Program-made: the position numbers and the translations under genes
Notes under the pieces: model-generated
What the model saw: only the letters and a program-made list of their open reading frames with translations
What the model was told of the DNA's origin: nothing
Databases searched by the model: none
In this document: piece by piece, positions 16,819 through 26,289 of the stretch
Position numbering within the stretch: position 1 is the stretch's first letter
How the letters are laid out: the number at the start of each line of letters is the position of its first letter
Assembly (NCBI GenBank): GCA_964627515.1
Contig: CAZVHO010000008.1
Location: forward strand, 4,244-68,243
Direction of reading: 5' to 3'
From: an uncultured Thermodesulfobacteriota bacterium
GTDB lineage: Bacteria; Desulfobacterota; RBG-13-43-22
DNA length: 64,000 nt

Positions 16819-17571
16819 ATGGATTTTTCGTTGAACGGAAAGGTTGTACTCATCACCGGTGCCAGTCGGGGAATCGGTCAGGCAGCAGCCATCGGGATGG
16901 CTCAGGCCGGGGCGGACATTGCCATTGCCAGCCGGAAACTTCCCGATCTGGAAAGGGTAGCGGAAGAGGTCAGAAGGACAGGGAAAAAATGCCTGCCAGT
17001 GGCGGCCCATGTTGCCCGGATAGAGGAAATCAACGATCTGGTTACTAAGGTTCTGGAGGAGTTCGGAAGGATCGATATCCTGGTGAACAATGCCGCCACC
17101 AATCCCACAATGGCTCCGGCCCTGGACGTAGACGAGCGAGGCTGGGATGCAATCATGAACCTGAATCTGAAAGGTTTGTTTTTCCTGAGTCAGGCCGTGG
17201 CCAGGATTATGCAGGGAAAAGGCGGGGGGAAAATCATCAATGTGGCTTCCATCGCCGGGATCAGCCCGGATCTGTTGCCGGTTTATTCCATCAGTAAAGC
17301 CGGGGTGATTATGGCCACCAAGGTGATGGCCCAACAATGGGCCCCTTACAATATCAGGGCCAACTGTGTCGCCCCCGGTCTGACCAAAACGCGTTTCAGC
17401 GAAGCCCTTTGGAACAACCCGGCCATCCTGAATATCGCTATGAGCAGGACCCCGATGGCCCGGGTAGCCGAACCCGAGGAGATGGTGGGGGCCATCATTT
17501 TCCTGGCCTCCGATGCCTCCAGCTATGTAACCGGCCAGGTGATTGCCGTGGATGGAGGGACGACCATATAG
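16819..17571 (+). CDS. SDR-family oxidoreductase (FabG-like)
   Basis: It has TGASRGIGQAAA, NNAAT and YSISKAG and is 250 aa. Confidence 0.9.
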   Translation: MDFSLNGKVVLITGASRGIGQAAAIGMAQAGADIAIASRKLPDLERVAEEVRRTGKKCLPVAAHVARIEEINDLVTKVLEEFGRIDILVNNAATNPTMAPALDVDERGWDAIMNLNLKGLFFLSQAVARIMQGKGGGKIINVASIAGISPDLLPVYSISKAGVIMATKVMAQQWAPYNIRANCVAPGLTKTRFSEALWNNPAILNIAMSRTPMARVAEPEEMVGAIIFLASDASSYVTGQVIAVDGGTTI

Positions 17572-17620
17572 CTCTGGATCTGCGAATTTATCTCTAACCT
17601 TCCAGCGCTACGGACAGATC

Positions 17621-17832
17621 GTTGCTGGTTACTGGTTTCTCGTTACTGGTTACTCGTTTCTCGTTTTATTTCGAAAATAGGGTTCAAGGGTTTTAAATTC
17701 CACGCCTTTCACTTGAACCCTTGGCCCCTGTCCCGCCTTTGGCGGGATTGAATCCTTTTTCATGTTTCGTGGTGCCCCCAGAGGCATGAGGGTTTAACCA
17801 GCAACGAGTAACGAGTAACCAGTAACGAATTA
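17621..17832. repeat. Composite palindrome: GTTACTGGTTAC word-repeat arms flanking a family-2 repeat copy
   Basis: The left arm is cgttgctggttactggtttctcgttactggttactcgtt (17621-17660). The right arm is aaccagcaacgagtaacgagtaaccagtaacgaatt (17797-17832) and is largely complementary. The family-2 repeat sits inside (17681-17793). The same word family recurs at 54549-54612. Confidence 0.7.
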
Positions 17833-17866
17833 ACAAGATAAATTTCAAGTATCTTTGATAAGGGGT

Positions 17867-18574
17867 CTATTTATGACTTTGGTCCCCTAAGGGCTTTCGT
17901 TTCTTCATGGAGGGTAATTCTGTGGGGGGCTTATTCTCTTCCGGTTCCTGACGGATTTGAATATTCCAGACTTTCTCTTCCCTTCGGATCTTGATGCCGC
18001 CGATGATCAGATCGGTCAGGGAATCGGATAATTCGACCAGACTTTCCGGCTTTCCCAGAAGGACCCGTCGAATGACTAAATGTTCGACGGTTCCTAAAAT
18101 GATGGCCCGTACCAAATTGAGGTTGATATCAGCCCGGAATTCTCCCGAATCAATCCCTTCCTTGACAATATTCAGGAGGATCCTGGAGAGTTCCCTCACG
18201 TCCTCATAAGCCCCCACCTCTAAGAATTTCCGGTTCTGTTTAAGGATCAGCATGGCTACAGCGGCGTAATCGGGGTTCGTTTCATAAAACCAGAGATAGT
18301 GATAGATAATGGCCCTTAACTTGTTGGAAGCCCCGCGTAGAAATTGGAGGAGAAAGGTCATGCTTTCCTTGGACCGGCGCGTCGTTTCCCCGGGAATGGA
18401 GAACAGGAGTTCCTCCTTGGAGGGAAAATATTCATAAATAGTGGCTTCCGAGACCTTGGCCTCCCGGGCTACATCCGAAATGGTGGCCTCCTGGAAGCCT
18501 TTCCGGGCAAACACCTTCTCGGCGGCCCTAAGGATCTGTTCTTTTCTGAGTTTCGATTTGGGTTGATTAGCCAT
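17867..18574 (-). CDS. TetR/AcrR-family transcriptional regulator
   Basis: Start MANQPKSK at 18574. The HTH is FARKGFQEATISDVAREAKVSEATIYEYFPSKEEL. It is divergent from the ABC/acyl-CoA synthetase operon. Confidence 0.9.
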   Translation of the reverse strand: MANQPKSKLRKEQILRAAEKVFARKGFQEATISDVAREAKVSEATIYEYFPSKEELLFSIPGETTRRSKESMTFLLQFLRGASNKLRAIIYHYLWFYETNPDYAAVAMLILKQNRKFLEVGAYEDVRELSRILLNIVKEGIDSGEFRADINLNLVRAIILGTVEHLVIRRVLLGKPESLVELSDSLTDLIIGGIKIRREEKVWNIQIRQEPEENKPPTELPSMKKRKPLGDQSHK

Positions 18575-18611
18575 ACAATTTATCCTTATTTTTTTATTTC
18601 GTATTAGCCAG

Positions 18612-18808
18612 CATGCTCTCTGCTGAGCCCCACGAAGCATGAAAATACCGCTGTCGTAGGGGCGGGTTTTAAACCCGCCCCTACCGGAGCCCCAACAGAG
18701 GCCAAGGGTGGTTAAAATTCTATTTTCGAACTAAACCCTCATGACCCATTGGGGCACCACGAAGCATGAAGGGTTTCGCCGAACGCCGAACGCTGAACGC
18801 TGAACGTT
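18612..18808. repeat. Family-2 repeat (inverted copy) plus CGAACG word repeat
   Basis: It contains ccccacgaagcatgaa … ggggcaccacgaagcatgaagg, then cgccgaacgccgaacgctgaacgctgaacg (18776-18808). An internal hairpin is gtaggggcgggttttaaacccgcccctac. Confidence 0.65.
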
Positions 18809-19351
18809 ATTACCGTACTATATTATCGTAAATGGACCGGGAAAGACAACTTTTTTAAATGGTATTGAGGCTGTCAGGTAGCCATCGGTTTTTGAGTGCC
18901 GTGAATTTTTAGAATAACAATACAATTTTTTGATCATTTTCAGTATTGATACTCTATTATTCCTATCTTTTTGTAATAGAGCCTGCAATAAGTCAAGAGG
19001 AAAATAGATAATATAAAATAATGGACGAAAAACCAGGGAACCCAAAAAAATAATTGACATTTAACCCCGGTTTTGCTACAGAGCGGAGTTACGTCTTTGA
19101 TCTTGTAAATCTTTGGATCAAGAGCCCATTGGATTTTTCTCACTCTCATTCTCGGTTGCAGAATCCAAATTTTGCTTTAACGGATGGTTCGGGTGGATGG
19201 ACCCTGGACACCATTTCCGCCCTTTCAATTGGAGTTAAGGATGTATTTACCCAAAGACACCTTTTTTCTAAAAGAAAGTTTTCCGGCCTGTGTTTTTTCC
19301 CGCACATTTCAAAATAAAACCAATCTATTAAATTGAAAGGAGAGAAGTGCG

Positions 19352-20659
19352 ATGAAGAAGTTTACCTTTGGATGGAACGTTTTGTTTACCGTGGGTTTGG
19401 TCTTGATGATGTGCTTTTCGGCCTGGGGGGCCGGGACTATCAAGATCGGTGTAATCGGCCCGATGAATTTTATGCAGGGCAAGGGTCATTGGAACGGTGC
19501 CCTCATGGCCGCCGATGAGATCAATGCCAAAGGGGGCGTTCAGGTCGGCAAGGAAAAAATCAAAATAGAGTTGGTCAAGTCCGATTCCAATGAATTCTTA
19601 AATGTCACCGATGCCACCAACGCCATGGAGCGTTTAATGACCCAGGACAAAGTGGATTTTGTGGTCGGCGGTTTCAGGACCGAGGCCGTTTTGGCCATGC
19701 AGGACATCGCCATGGACTACAAAAAACTATTTATCGGCTGCGGGGCGGCCCATCCGGAGCTCTGTCTGCGGGTGGCCAAGAATTATGACCGCTACAAATA
19801 TTTCTTCCGCGGCACCCCCTTTAATTCCGGTTTTCTGGTCAGGACATGTTTTCTTCAAATGGGCTATGTCGGAGAACTTCTGAAAAATACTTTGAAAATC
19901 CCTAAGGTTAAAGTAGCCTTGGTGGCCGAGAAGGCTATCTGGGTCGATCCCATGATCGAAGCGGCCAAGGGGGTCATTCCCAAGATGGGCATGGAAGTAG
20001 TCGGTGTCTGGCGACCCTCGGCAACGGCAACCGACGTGACTTCGGAGCTTTCGGCCATTCAAAAGAGCGGCGCCAACATGATCTTTACTGTTTTTTCGGC
20101 CTCGGTCGGGATTACCTTTGCCAGACAGGCCGGGGAACTCAAGATTCCGGCCGTCCAGGTGGGGATCAATGTGGAAGGTCAAAAGGACGGTTTCTGGGAA
20201 GCCACCAAGGGCATGGGGAATTATATCCTGACCATGGATACCTATGTTCACGGGGTTGAATACAATGACCTGACTAAAAAATTTATGGATACCTATGAAA
20301 AACGGTTTAAAGAGACTCCGACCTACACGGCCGACACCTATGCCGCCATCGTCTATTCTTTGGTTCCCTCCATTGAAGCCGTAGGCAGTCTGGATGCCAA
20401 TAAGATAATCGCCCACATGGAAAACCGGGAATATGTGGTCCCCAGCGGAAAAATAAAATACTATAAGGATGCCCAAGGCAAACAGACCCATGATCTGACC
20501 TGGGGTCCGGGCTACCTGACCAGTCTGGGAGTCCAGTGGCAGGATGGCAAACTGGTCGGTGTTTGGCCTCCTCCCAAATGGAAGATGGACGCCAACTCCC
20601 CCGAGCTCAACTATAAGGGGATTCAACCTTATAAGATACCACCCTGGATGCATAAGTAG
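19352..20659 (+). CDS. ABC transporter substrate-binding protein, LivK/type-1 PBP family
   Basis: It has a signal peptide and the motif IKIGVIGPM…GALMAADEINAKGGV typical of the Leu/Ile/Val-binding-protein family. It is the first gene of the permease/ATPase operon. Confidence 0.85.
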   Translation: MKKFTFGWNVLFTVGLVLMMCFSAWGAGTIKIGVIGPMNFMQGKGHWNGALMAADEINAKGGVQVGKEKIKIELVKSDSNEFLNVTDATNAMERLMTQDKVDFVVGGFRTEAVLAMQDIAMDYKKLFIGCGAAHPELCLRVAKNYDRYKYFFRGTPFNSGFLVRTCFLQMGYVGELLKNTLKIPKVKVALVAEKAIWVDPMIEAAKGVIPKMGMEVVGVWRPSATATDVTSELSAIQKSGANMIFTVFSASVGITFARQAGELKIPAVQVGINVEGQKDGFWEATKGMGNYILTMDTYVHGVEYNDLTKKFMDTYEKRFKETPTYTADTYAAIVYSLVPSIEAVGSLDANKIIAHMENREYVVPSGKIKYYKDAQGKQTHDLTWGPGYLTSLGVQWQDGKLVGVWPPPKWKMDANSPELNYKGIQPYKIPPWMHK

Positions 20660-20753
20660 GATAAGGTACAAGGTGCAAGGTTCAAGGTACAAGGTGAGGG
20701 TATAAGGGAAATCTAAAACCCTGCGCCTTGTGCCCTGTGCCTTGAGCCCTGTG
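20660..20753. repeat. Imperfect long hairpin of CAAGGT words directly after the binding-protein gene
   Basis: ggataaggtacaaggtgcaaggttcaaggtacaaggtgaggg … ccctgcgccttgtgccctgtgccttgagccctgtgc. It lies between the SBP stop and the first permease gene. Confidence 0.7.
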
Positions 20754-20828
20754 CAAAAGACTCCCTTATGGCAAAGGAAAATTTTTAAACTTTTAATCTG
20801 TCAAAGATAACCTTTTTCCCGAGGTCTT

Positions 20829-21692
20829 ATGAATATCATCATCACCGGTCTGATCAGCGGCAGCATGCTGGCTTTGCTGGCCATCGGTTTTTCCCTGATT
20901 TTCGGGGTGGCCCGCATCGTCAACATCGCCCATACCGCTTTTTATATGGTCGCCTCCTACTGCATCTTCGTTTTGACGGTCAAACTCGGATTTAATTCCA
21001 TTGCGGCCATGTTGATCGCGGTTCTGGTCGTTACCCTGTTGGGCCTGCTGGCCTATAAATTTTTGATCAACCCCATCAGGGAGCATGAAGCGGCTGTTTT
21101 GATCGCCACCATAGCCCTGGCCATGATTTTTCAAGAGGTCATGCTTTTGATCTTCACCGGAGATTACCTGAGCGTCTCCTCGCTGATAGACGGCTATTTT
21201 CAGATTCTGGGGGTCAAAGTCTTTTATCAACAATTGCTGACTTTCGGAGTGGCCTTGTTGATCCTGGGGGTCCTCTGGTTTTTATTGATGAAGACCCGTT
21301 TGGGTTTGGCCATCCGTTCCACGGCCGAAGACCGGGAAGTAGCCAATCTGATGGGCATGAACGAGAGCCGCCTGGCTATGATCACCCTGGGCATCTCAGT
21401 CGCCCTGGCCGGGTTTACCGGGGCGGTCATCGTACCCCTGGCCGTGCTTAATCCCTTTATGTGGATGGAACCCCTGATCATGATGATGGCCGTAGTCGTC
21501 CTGGGTGGGCTGGGCAGCATCAAAGGGAGTTTCGTGGCTGCTTATATCCTGGGTTTTACAGAGGCCCTGGTGGTTTTCCTGATCCCCAAAGGGGCTTTCT
21601 TAAAGGGATCCATCGCCCTGTCGATCATGATTCTGGTCCTGTTGATACGGCCGGAAGGCCTCTTCGGCGTTGCTTTTGAGGAAGAGAGGTAG
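20829..21692 (+). CDS. Branched-chain-amino-acid-type ABC permease (LivH-like)
   Basis: It is 287 aa and polytopic, with a family-typical N-terminus (GLISGSMLALLAIGFSLIFG). It sits in the operon. Confidence 0.85.
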   Translation: MNIIITGLISGSMLALLAIGFSLIFGVARIVNIAHTAFYMVASYCIFVLTVKLGFNSIAAMLIAVLVVTLLGLLAYKFLINPIREHEAAVLIATIALAMIFQEVMLLIFTGDYLSVSSLIDGYFQILGVKVFYQQLLTFGVALLILGVLWFLLMKTRLGLAIRSTAEDREVANLMGMNESRLAMITLGISVALAGFTGAVIVPLAVLNPFMWMEPLIMMMAVVVLGGLGSIKGSFVAAYILGFTEALVVFLIPKGAFLKGSIALSIMILVLLIRPEGLFGVAFEEER

Positions 21693-21693
21693 T

Positions 21694-22734
21694 ATGGGTC
21701 TTGTCGGCTGGTATGTGAAAAAATTTTTCAGACTTATTCGGGGGGAGGTACTGGTCCTCCCCAGCCGAATCATCGTCGGCCTTTTTATTCTATTCCTTTT
21801 GGGACTGCCTTTGATAAGCCAGAACCCCTATATGATCCGTATTCTTATTCTGACCAGCATCTTTGCCATCCTGGCGGCCAGTTGGGACTTACTTTCCGGG
21901 TTCACGGGCCAGATGAACTTCGGCCACGCCCTTTTTTTCGGAGTGGGGGCCTATGCCTCAGCCCTTTTGCATATCAACGTCCATATTCCCCCCTGGGGAA
22001 GCATTCCTCTGGGGGGGGTGGCCGCGGTCCTGGCCGGCTTGATCATCGGTATCCCCTGCCTGAGGCTGAAACATACCTATCTGGCCCTGACGACCCTGGC
22101 CTTTCCGATTATCCTGACCGGGATTGTTTTTGCCCTCCCCGATCTGACCGGCGGTGAGTTGGGGATTTCCGGACTGCAGCGTCTGACCAATTCCCTTCTC
22201 GGCAATTATTATATTTATATCATCCTCTTTCTTATTCTGTCGGTGATCATGTGGAAAATAACCGACTCCCATACCGGTATTATTTTTCATGCCATCCGGG
22301 AAGATGAATTGGCGGTAAAGGCCGCCGGCATCAACACCACCCGCTATAAATTGCTGGCCTTTTGCCTGAGCGGATTATTTGCCGGTATCTCCGGCGGACT
22401 TTATGCCCATTATATGCGGATTGCCGGCCCTTCCACCCTTGAGGTTTCCATGTCCTTTTCGGTGGTGATCTGGGCGGTTTTCGGGGGTATGGTGACCATC
22501 TACGGGCCCATAGCCGCGGTCTTTATCCTCTTTCCCTTGCTGGAATTCGTCCGCTTCTGGCCCGAATACCGGACTATGATTTTTGCCGTCGTCATCCTGC
22601 TGATCCTCTTGTATATGCCGGAAGGTTTGATCCACTGGGCCCGGGACAAGATGGAAAAACAATGCCCCCGGTGCAAGATCAGAAATGTGGCCACCCGGAA
22701 GACCTGCCGGGTGTGTACCGCAGCTTTGGATTGA
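21694..22734 (+). CDS. ABC permease (LivM-like) with C-terminal zinc-ribbon tail
   Basis: ATG 21694 comes 2 nt after the LivH-like stop, following GAGGAAGAGAGG. It has the polytopic LivM pattern (SWDLLSGFTGQMNFGHALFFGVGAY). The tail is CPRCKIRNVATRKTCRVC. Confidence 0.85.
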   Translation: MGLVGWYVKKFFRLIRGEVLVLPSRIIVGLFILFLLGLPLISQNPYMIRILILTSIFAILAASWDLLSGFTGQMNFGHALFFGVGAYASALLHINVHIPPWGSIPLGGVAAVLAGLIIGIPCLRLKHTYLALTTLAFPIILTGIVFALPDLTGGELGISGLQRLTNSLLGNYYIYIILFLILSVIMWKITDSHTGIIFHAIREDELAVKAAGINTTRYKLLAFCLSGLFAGISGGLYAHYMRIAGPSTLEVSMSFSVVIWAVFGGMVTIYGPIAAVFILFPLLEFVRFWPEYRTMIFAVVILLILLYMPEGLIHWARDKMEKQCPRCKIRNVATRKTCRVCTAALD

Positions 22735-22783
22735 AAAGCGTTCATTGAACGAAGTGCTCATTTTTTGAAAAAAGGAATATGTT

Positions 22784-24493
22784 ATGAACCCTAAAGAATT
22801 TTATCTGTCCAAACCCTGGTTGAAATACTATTCGGAAGGTGTGCCGGCCGAAGTGGAGATCCCGGAAATTTCGGTGCCGGAGCTTTTCGATCAGGTGGTT
22901 GAAAAATTCGGGAACAAACCGGCCCTGATTTTTTACGGCAAAAAGATCCAATACCGGGAGCTCAAAGAGCTGGTAGACCGCCTGGCCACGGCCCTTTCGG
23001 ATTTGGGGGTCAAAAAGGGAGATACGGTGGCCTTATATCTTTTAAACAGCCCCCAGTATGTGATCTCTTATTTTGCCGCCCTGAAATTGGGGGCCAAAGT
23101 AACCCCCATCAGCCCGGTTTATACCAGCATTGAAGTCAAGCACCAGGTGGAAGACAGCGAGGCCCGGACCGTTGTATGCCAGGACATCCTCTATGACAAC
23201 CTGCAAAAATCCGGAGCCAAGTTCGATCGGGTGATTTTGACCAGCATCAACGAATACCTTCCGGCCCTGAAAAAATTATTCGGCAAGGGCAGCCAGGGCA
23301 AAGGACCGGGCGGGAGCCCGCCGCCCTCCATCGAAGCCCTTAAAGGCGCAGGGACCTATGCCTTTCAGGATTTGATCAAAAAATATCCCCCCCAACCGCC
23401 GAAGGTGGCCATTGATCCCCGCAAGGATCTGGCGGCCCTGCCGTACACCGGGGGGACTACCGGACTGCCCAAGGCGGCCATGCTGACCCATCGCAATATG
23501 GTGGCCCTTCAGAAACAGGTCTTGTCCTTTTGGCCCATCTTCGAAGAGGGTAAGGAAGTAGTCATGGCCTTCCTGCCCTTTTTTCATATCTACGGCCAGG
23601 TGGTGGTTATGCTCGGGGGCCTGGCCCAGGGCGCGACCCTGGTCCTTTTCACCACGCCGGATATCGAGGAGATATTAACTGCCATGGACCGTTATCAGGC
23701 CTCCGGGTTCTATGGCGTCCCCACCCTTTTCGAATATCTCAAGGAGTATGAGAAGACCGACCGGGTCAATTGGAAACGGCTCAAGCTGATCGCCTGCGGG
23801 GCCGATACCCTCCATGAATCGACCATCACGGCCTGGGAAAAGAGGACCGGATCGAAGATTTTTGAAGGGTATGGGATGACCGAAACCACGGCCGTCAGTC
23901 ACAGCACCCCTATCCACCATCCCAAGAGGGGTTCTTTCGGGGTGCCTATTCCTAACGTCAAGGCGGCCATCATTGAGCATGAAGGGACCGAATTTCTCCC
24001 CGTAGGGGAAGTGGGCGAACTGATTTTGTGCGGCCCCAATATCATGCAGGGTTATTGGAAAAGACCTGATGGGACCAAAGAGTCCATGATGGAAATTGAC
24101 GGAGAGGTCTGGCTACGCACCGGGGACCTGGTCAGTATGGATGAAGAAGGGTATTTCCATTTTTTTGACCGCAAACGGGACCTGATCAAATATAAAGGCT
24201 ATTCGGTCTTCGCCAGGCACGTAGAGGAAGTACTGTACCAGCATCCCCAGATCAAGGCTGCCGGGGTGGTCGGGGTGCCGGACCCCAAGGTGGGCAACCT
24301 GATCAAGGCCTATGTGGTATTGGAGAGCGAGGCCAGGGGCAAGATCTCGGAAGAAGAGGTCCTGGAATTCTGCCGCCAGAAGCTGGCCCATTATAAAGTA
24401 CCCAAGATCATCGAGTTCAGGGGCGAGTTGCCGAAAACCGACGTGGGGAAGGTCTCCCGGCGGGAATTACGAGAAGAGGTTGAGGAGGCCTGA
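22784..24493 (+). CDS. AMP-forming acyl-CoA synthetase (long-chain-fatty-acid-CoA-ligase-like)
   Basis: It has the AMP-binding motifs YTGGTTGLPKAAMLTH, GYGMTET, TGDL and PKTDVGKVSRREL and is 569 aa. Confidence 0.9.
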   Translation: MNPKEFYLSKPWLKYYSEGVPAEVEIPEISVPELFDQVVEKFGNKPALIFYGKKIQYRELKELVDRLATALSDLGVKKGDTVALYLLNSPQYVISYFAALKLGAKVTPISPVYTSIEVKHQVEDSEARTVVCQDILYDNLQKSGAKFDRVILTSINEYLPALKKLFGKGSQGKGPGGSPPPSIEALKGAGTYAFQDLIKKYPPQPPKVAIDPRKDLAALPYTGGTTGLPKAAMLTHRNMVALQKQVLSFWPIFEEGKEVVMAFLPFFHIYGQVVVMLGGLAQGATLVLFTTPDIEEILTAMDRYQASGFYGVPTLFEYLKEYEKTDRVNWKRLKLIACGADTLHESTITAWEKRTGSKIFEGYGMTETTAVSHSTPIHHPKRGSFGVPIPNVKAAIIEHEGTEFLPVGEVGELILCGPNIMQGYWKRPDGTKESMMEIDGEVWLRTGDLVSMDEEGYFHFFDRKRDLIKYKGYSVFARHVEEVLYQHPQIKAAGVVGVPDPKVGNLIKAYVVLESEARGKISEEEVLEFCRQKLAHYKVPKIIEFRGELPKTDVGKVSRRELREEVEEA

Positions 24494-24494
24494 T

Positions 24495-25265
24495 ATGGCC
24501 GTACCATTTCTGGAAGTCCAGTCGCTGACCAAAAGTTTCGGGGGCCTGCGGGCAGTCAACAAGGTCAGTTTTCGCATGGAGAATAAGGAGATCCTGGGAC
24601 TCATCGGCCCAAACGGCGCCGGGAAGAGTACCTTGCTCCGTTTACTGACCAGTATACTGAAACCGGATAGCGGGAGCATCCAATTCAAAGGGAAAGAACT
24701 GGTGGGCATGAAAACCTGGGATATCATCAATCTGGGGGTGGCCACCACCTTTCAGAATATGAGACCCTTCCGCCGGCTGCCCATTATTGCCAACGTCATG
24801 GTTTCCTGCCTGTCTCCCCGGTCGATGAAAAGAGGGGAGTGGGTCAAGAAGGTAGAGGCCAAGGCCATGGATGCCCTGGAATTCGCCGGCATCTCGGATA
24901 TGGCTCTGGAAAAGGCCTCCACCCTGTCTCAGGGGGACCTGAAACGGCTGGAAGTGGCCCGGGCCGTGGCCACCGATCCGGAATTGCTTCTCTTAGACGA
25001 GCCTTTCGGGGGTTTAAGTCCGGCTGAAACCGACTTGATGGCCAAGTCCATAAAAAGACTTCACAAGGGCGGGCGCTTCGGGCGCCTGCACAGCGAAGGT
25101 CCGGCCATGATTATCGTGGAGCACAAGCTGCAACAGTTAATGAAGATCGTCGATCGCATCATCGTCCTTAATTTCGGAACCCTCCTGGCCGAGGGGACCC
25201 CCGAGGAAGTGGTCAACAACCCCCAGGTTATTGAGGCCTATCTGGGTCAGGGAGGAAGGGAGTAA
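24495..25265 (+). CDS. ABC transporter ATP-binding protein (LivG-like)
   Basis: ATG 24495 comes 2 nt after the synthetase stop. It has Walker A (GPNGAGKST), the signature LSQGDLKRLE and Walker B (LLLLDEP). The longer ORF from 24312 overlaps the synthetase and is unlikely to be real. Confidence 0.9.
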   Translation: MAVPFLEVQSLTKSFGGLRAVNKVSFRMENKEILGLIGPNGAGKSTLLRLLTSILKPDSGSIQFKGKELVGMKTWDIINLGVATTFQNMRPFRRLPIIANVMVSCLSPRSMKRGEWVKKVEAKAMDALEFAGISDMALEKASTLSQGDLKRLEVARAVATDPELLLLDEPFGGLSPAETDLMAKSIKRLHKGGRFGRLHSEGPAMIIVEHKLQQLMKIVDRIIVLNFGTLLAEGTPEEVVNNPQVIEAYLGQGGRE

Positions 25266-25267
25266 CC

Positions 25268-26017
25268 GTGCTCTTAGAAATTAATCAATTAACCGTCCGC
25301 TATGAAAAGGCCGTACTTATCAATAATGTGAATATGAGTGTGGATTCCGGGGAACTGGTCAGCCTGGTCGGTCCCAACGGAGCCGGGAAATCGACCACCC
25401 TCCGGGCCATCACCGGCCTGGTGGCCTGGGAAAAGGAGATCAAGCGCCGGTCCACGGCCGGCGACATCTTCCTGGAAGGAACGGTTACCTTTAACGGGGA
25501 ACGGCTCGATCAGATTCCGGCCCATGAGATCGTCAAAAGAGGACTGGTCCTCTGCCCGGAACGGAGAAGGCCCTTTCGGGAAATGACTGTCCTGGATAAC
25601 CTGATGGCCGGGGCCTATCTGGAAAAAGACCGTAAAAAAAGCCAGGAGACCCTGGGAAAGGTCTATGAACTGTTCCCGGTACTCAAAGAACGATCCAGAC
25701 AGATCTCCGGGACCCTTTCGGGCGGGGAACAGCAGATGCTGGCCATCGGCCGGGCCTTTATGTCGGAGCCGAAACTTTTGTGCATCGATGAGCCTTCCAC
25801 GGGTCTGGCCCCTTTGATGCGCCAGGAGGTTTTTGAAAAAATTTCCCAGATCAACCAGTTGGGAATCACCATCCTGCTCGTCGAACAGGAAGTCAGTTCG
25901 GTCTTCAAAATGGCCAAACGAAATTATGTCCTTTCTTCCGGCAAAATCATCGCCCAGGGAACCGGAGAGCAATTGATGGAGGATGAAGTCATCCGTAAGA
26001 CCTACCTGGGTCTTTGA
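25268..26017 (+). CDS. ABC transporter ATP-binding protein (LivF-like)
   Basis: GTG start. It has GPNGAGKST, LSGGEQQML and LLCIDEPS. Confidence 0.9.
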   Translation: MLLEINQLTVRYEKAVLINNVNMSVDSGELVSLVGPNGAGKSTTLRAITGLVAWEKEIKRRSTAGDIFLEGTVTFNGERLDQIPAHEIVKRGLVLCPERRRPFREMTVLDNLMAGAYLEKDRKKSQETLGKVYELFPVLKERSRQISGTLSGGEQQMLAIGRAFMSEPKLLCIDEPSTGLAPLMRQEVFEKISQINQLGITILLVEQEVSSVFKMAKRNYVLSSGKIIAQGTGEQLMEDEVIRKTYLGL

Positions 26018-26289
26018 CAGCAATAAAAAGGCCTTTATTTTCCGACTTGATCCCTGCCGGGGACATTGGCTGCCAATCGGGCATTTTCATCAATCCCAGT
26101 CGCTTTGGGCCCAGGGTTTTTTGTCTGAAGGCCTAACTTTCCTGAATTTTTTCCTGTCTAAAAAAAACCTTTTGGCCCCCTTTATTTTCCTTGTAATTTT
26201 TTTAATATTAAGATATGTTTAAAAGGTTTGTCATCTGTTAATGAGGCGTGCAAAGCAGATATTTAATGATACTGTATTGTATGGGTTCC

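Noticed and set aside
16476-17337. ORFs 16476-17048 (+) and 16753-17337 (-)
   Set aside because: The first runs through dispersed repeat copies and then out of frame into the SDR gene. The second is antisense to that SDR gene. Their composition is R/G/S-rich and low-complexity.
18818-19317. Small ORFs in the AT-rich TetR/ABC intergenic region
   Set aside because: They have AT-skewed codon content, no SD and mutual overlaps. The region is more plausibly promoter/leader DNA.
19727-20692. 321-aa ORF on the minus strand
   Set aside because: It is antisense to the LivK-type binding-protein gene. It has no motifs and runs into the downstream word-repeat hairpin.
24312-24494. Upstream extension of the LivG-like ATPase ORF
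   Set aside because: The extension overlaps the 3' end of the acyl-CoA synthetase in another frame. The ATG at 24495, 2 nt after the synthetase stop, gives a normal ATPase N-terminus (MAVPFLEVQSLTKSFGG).
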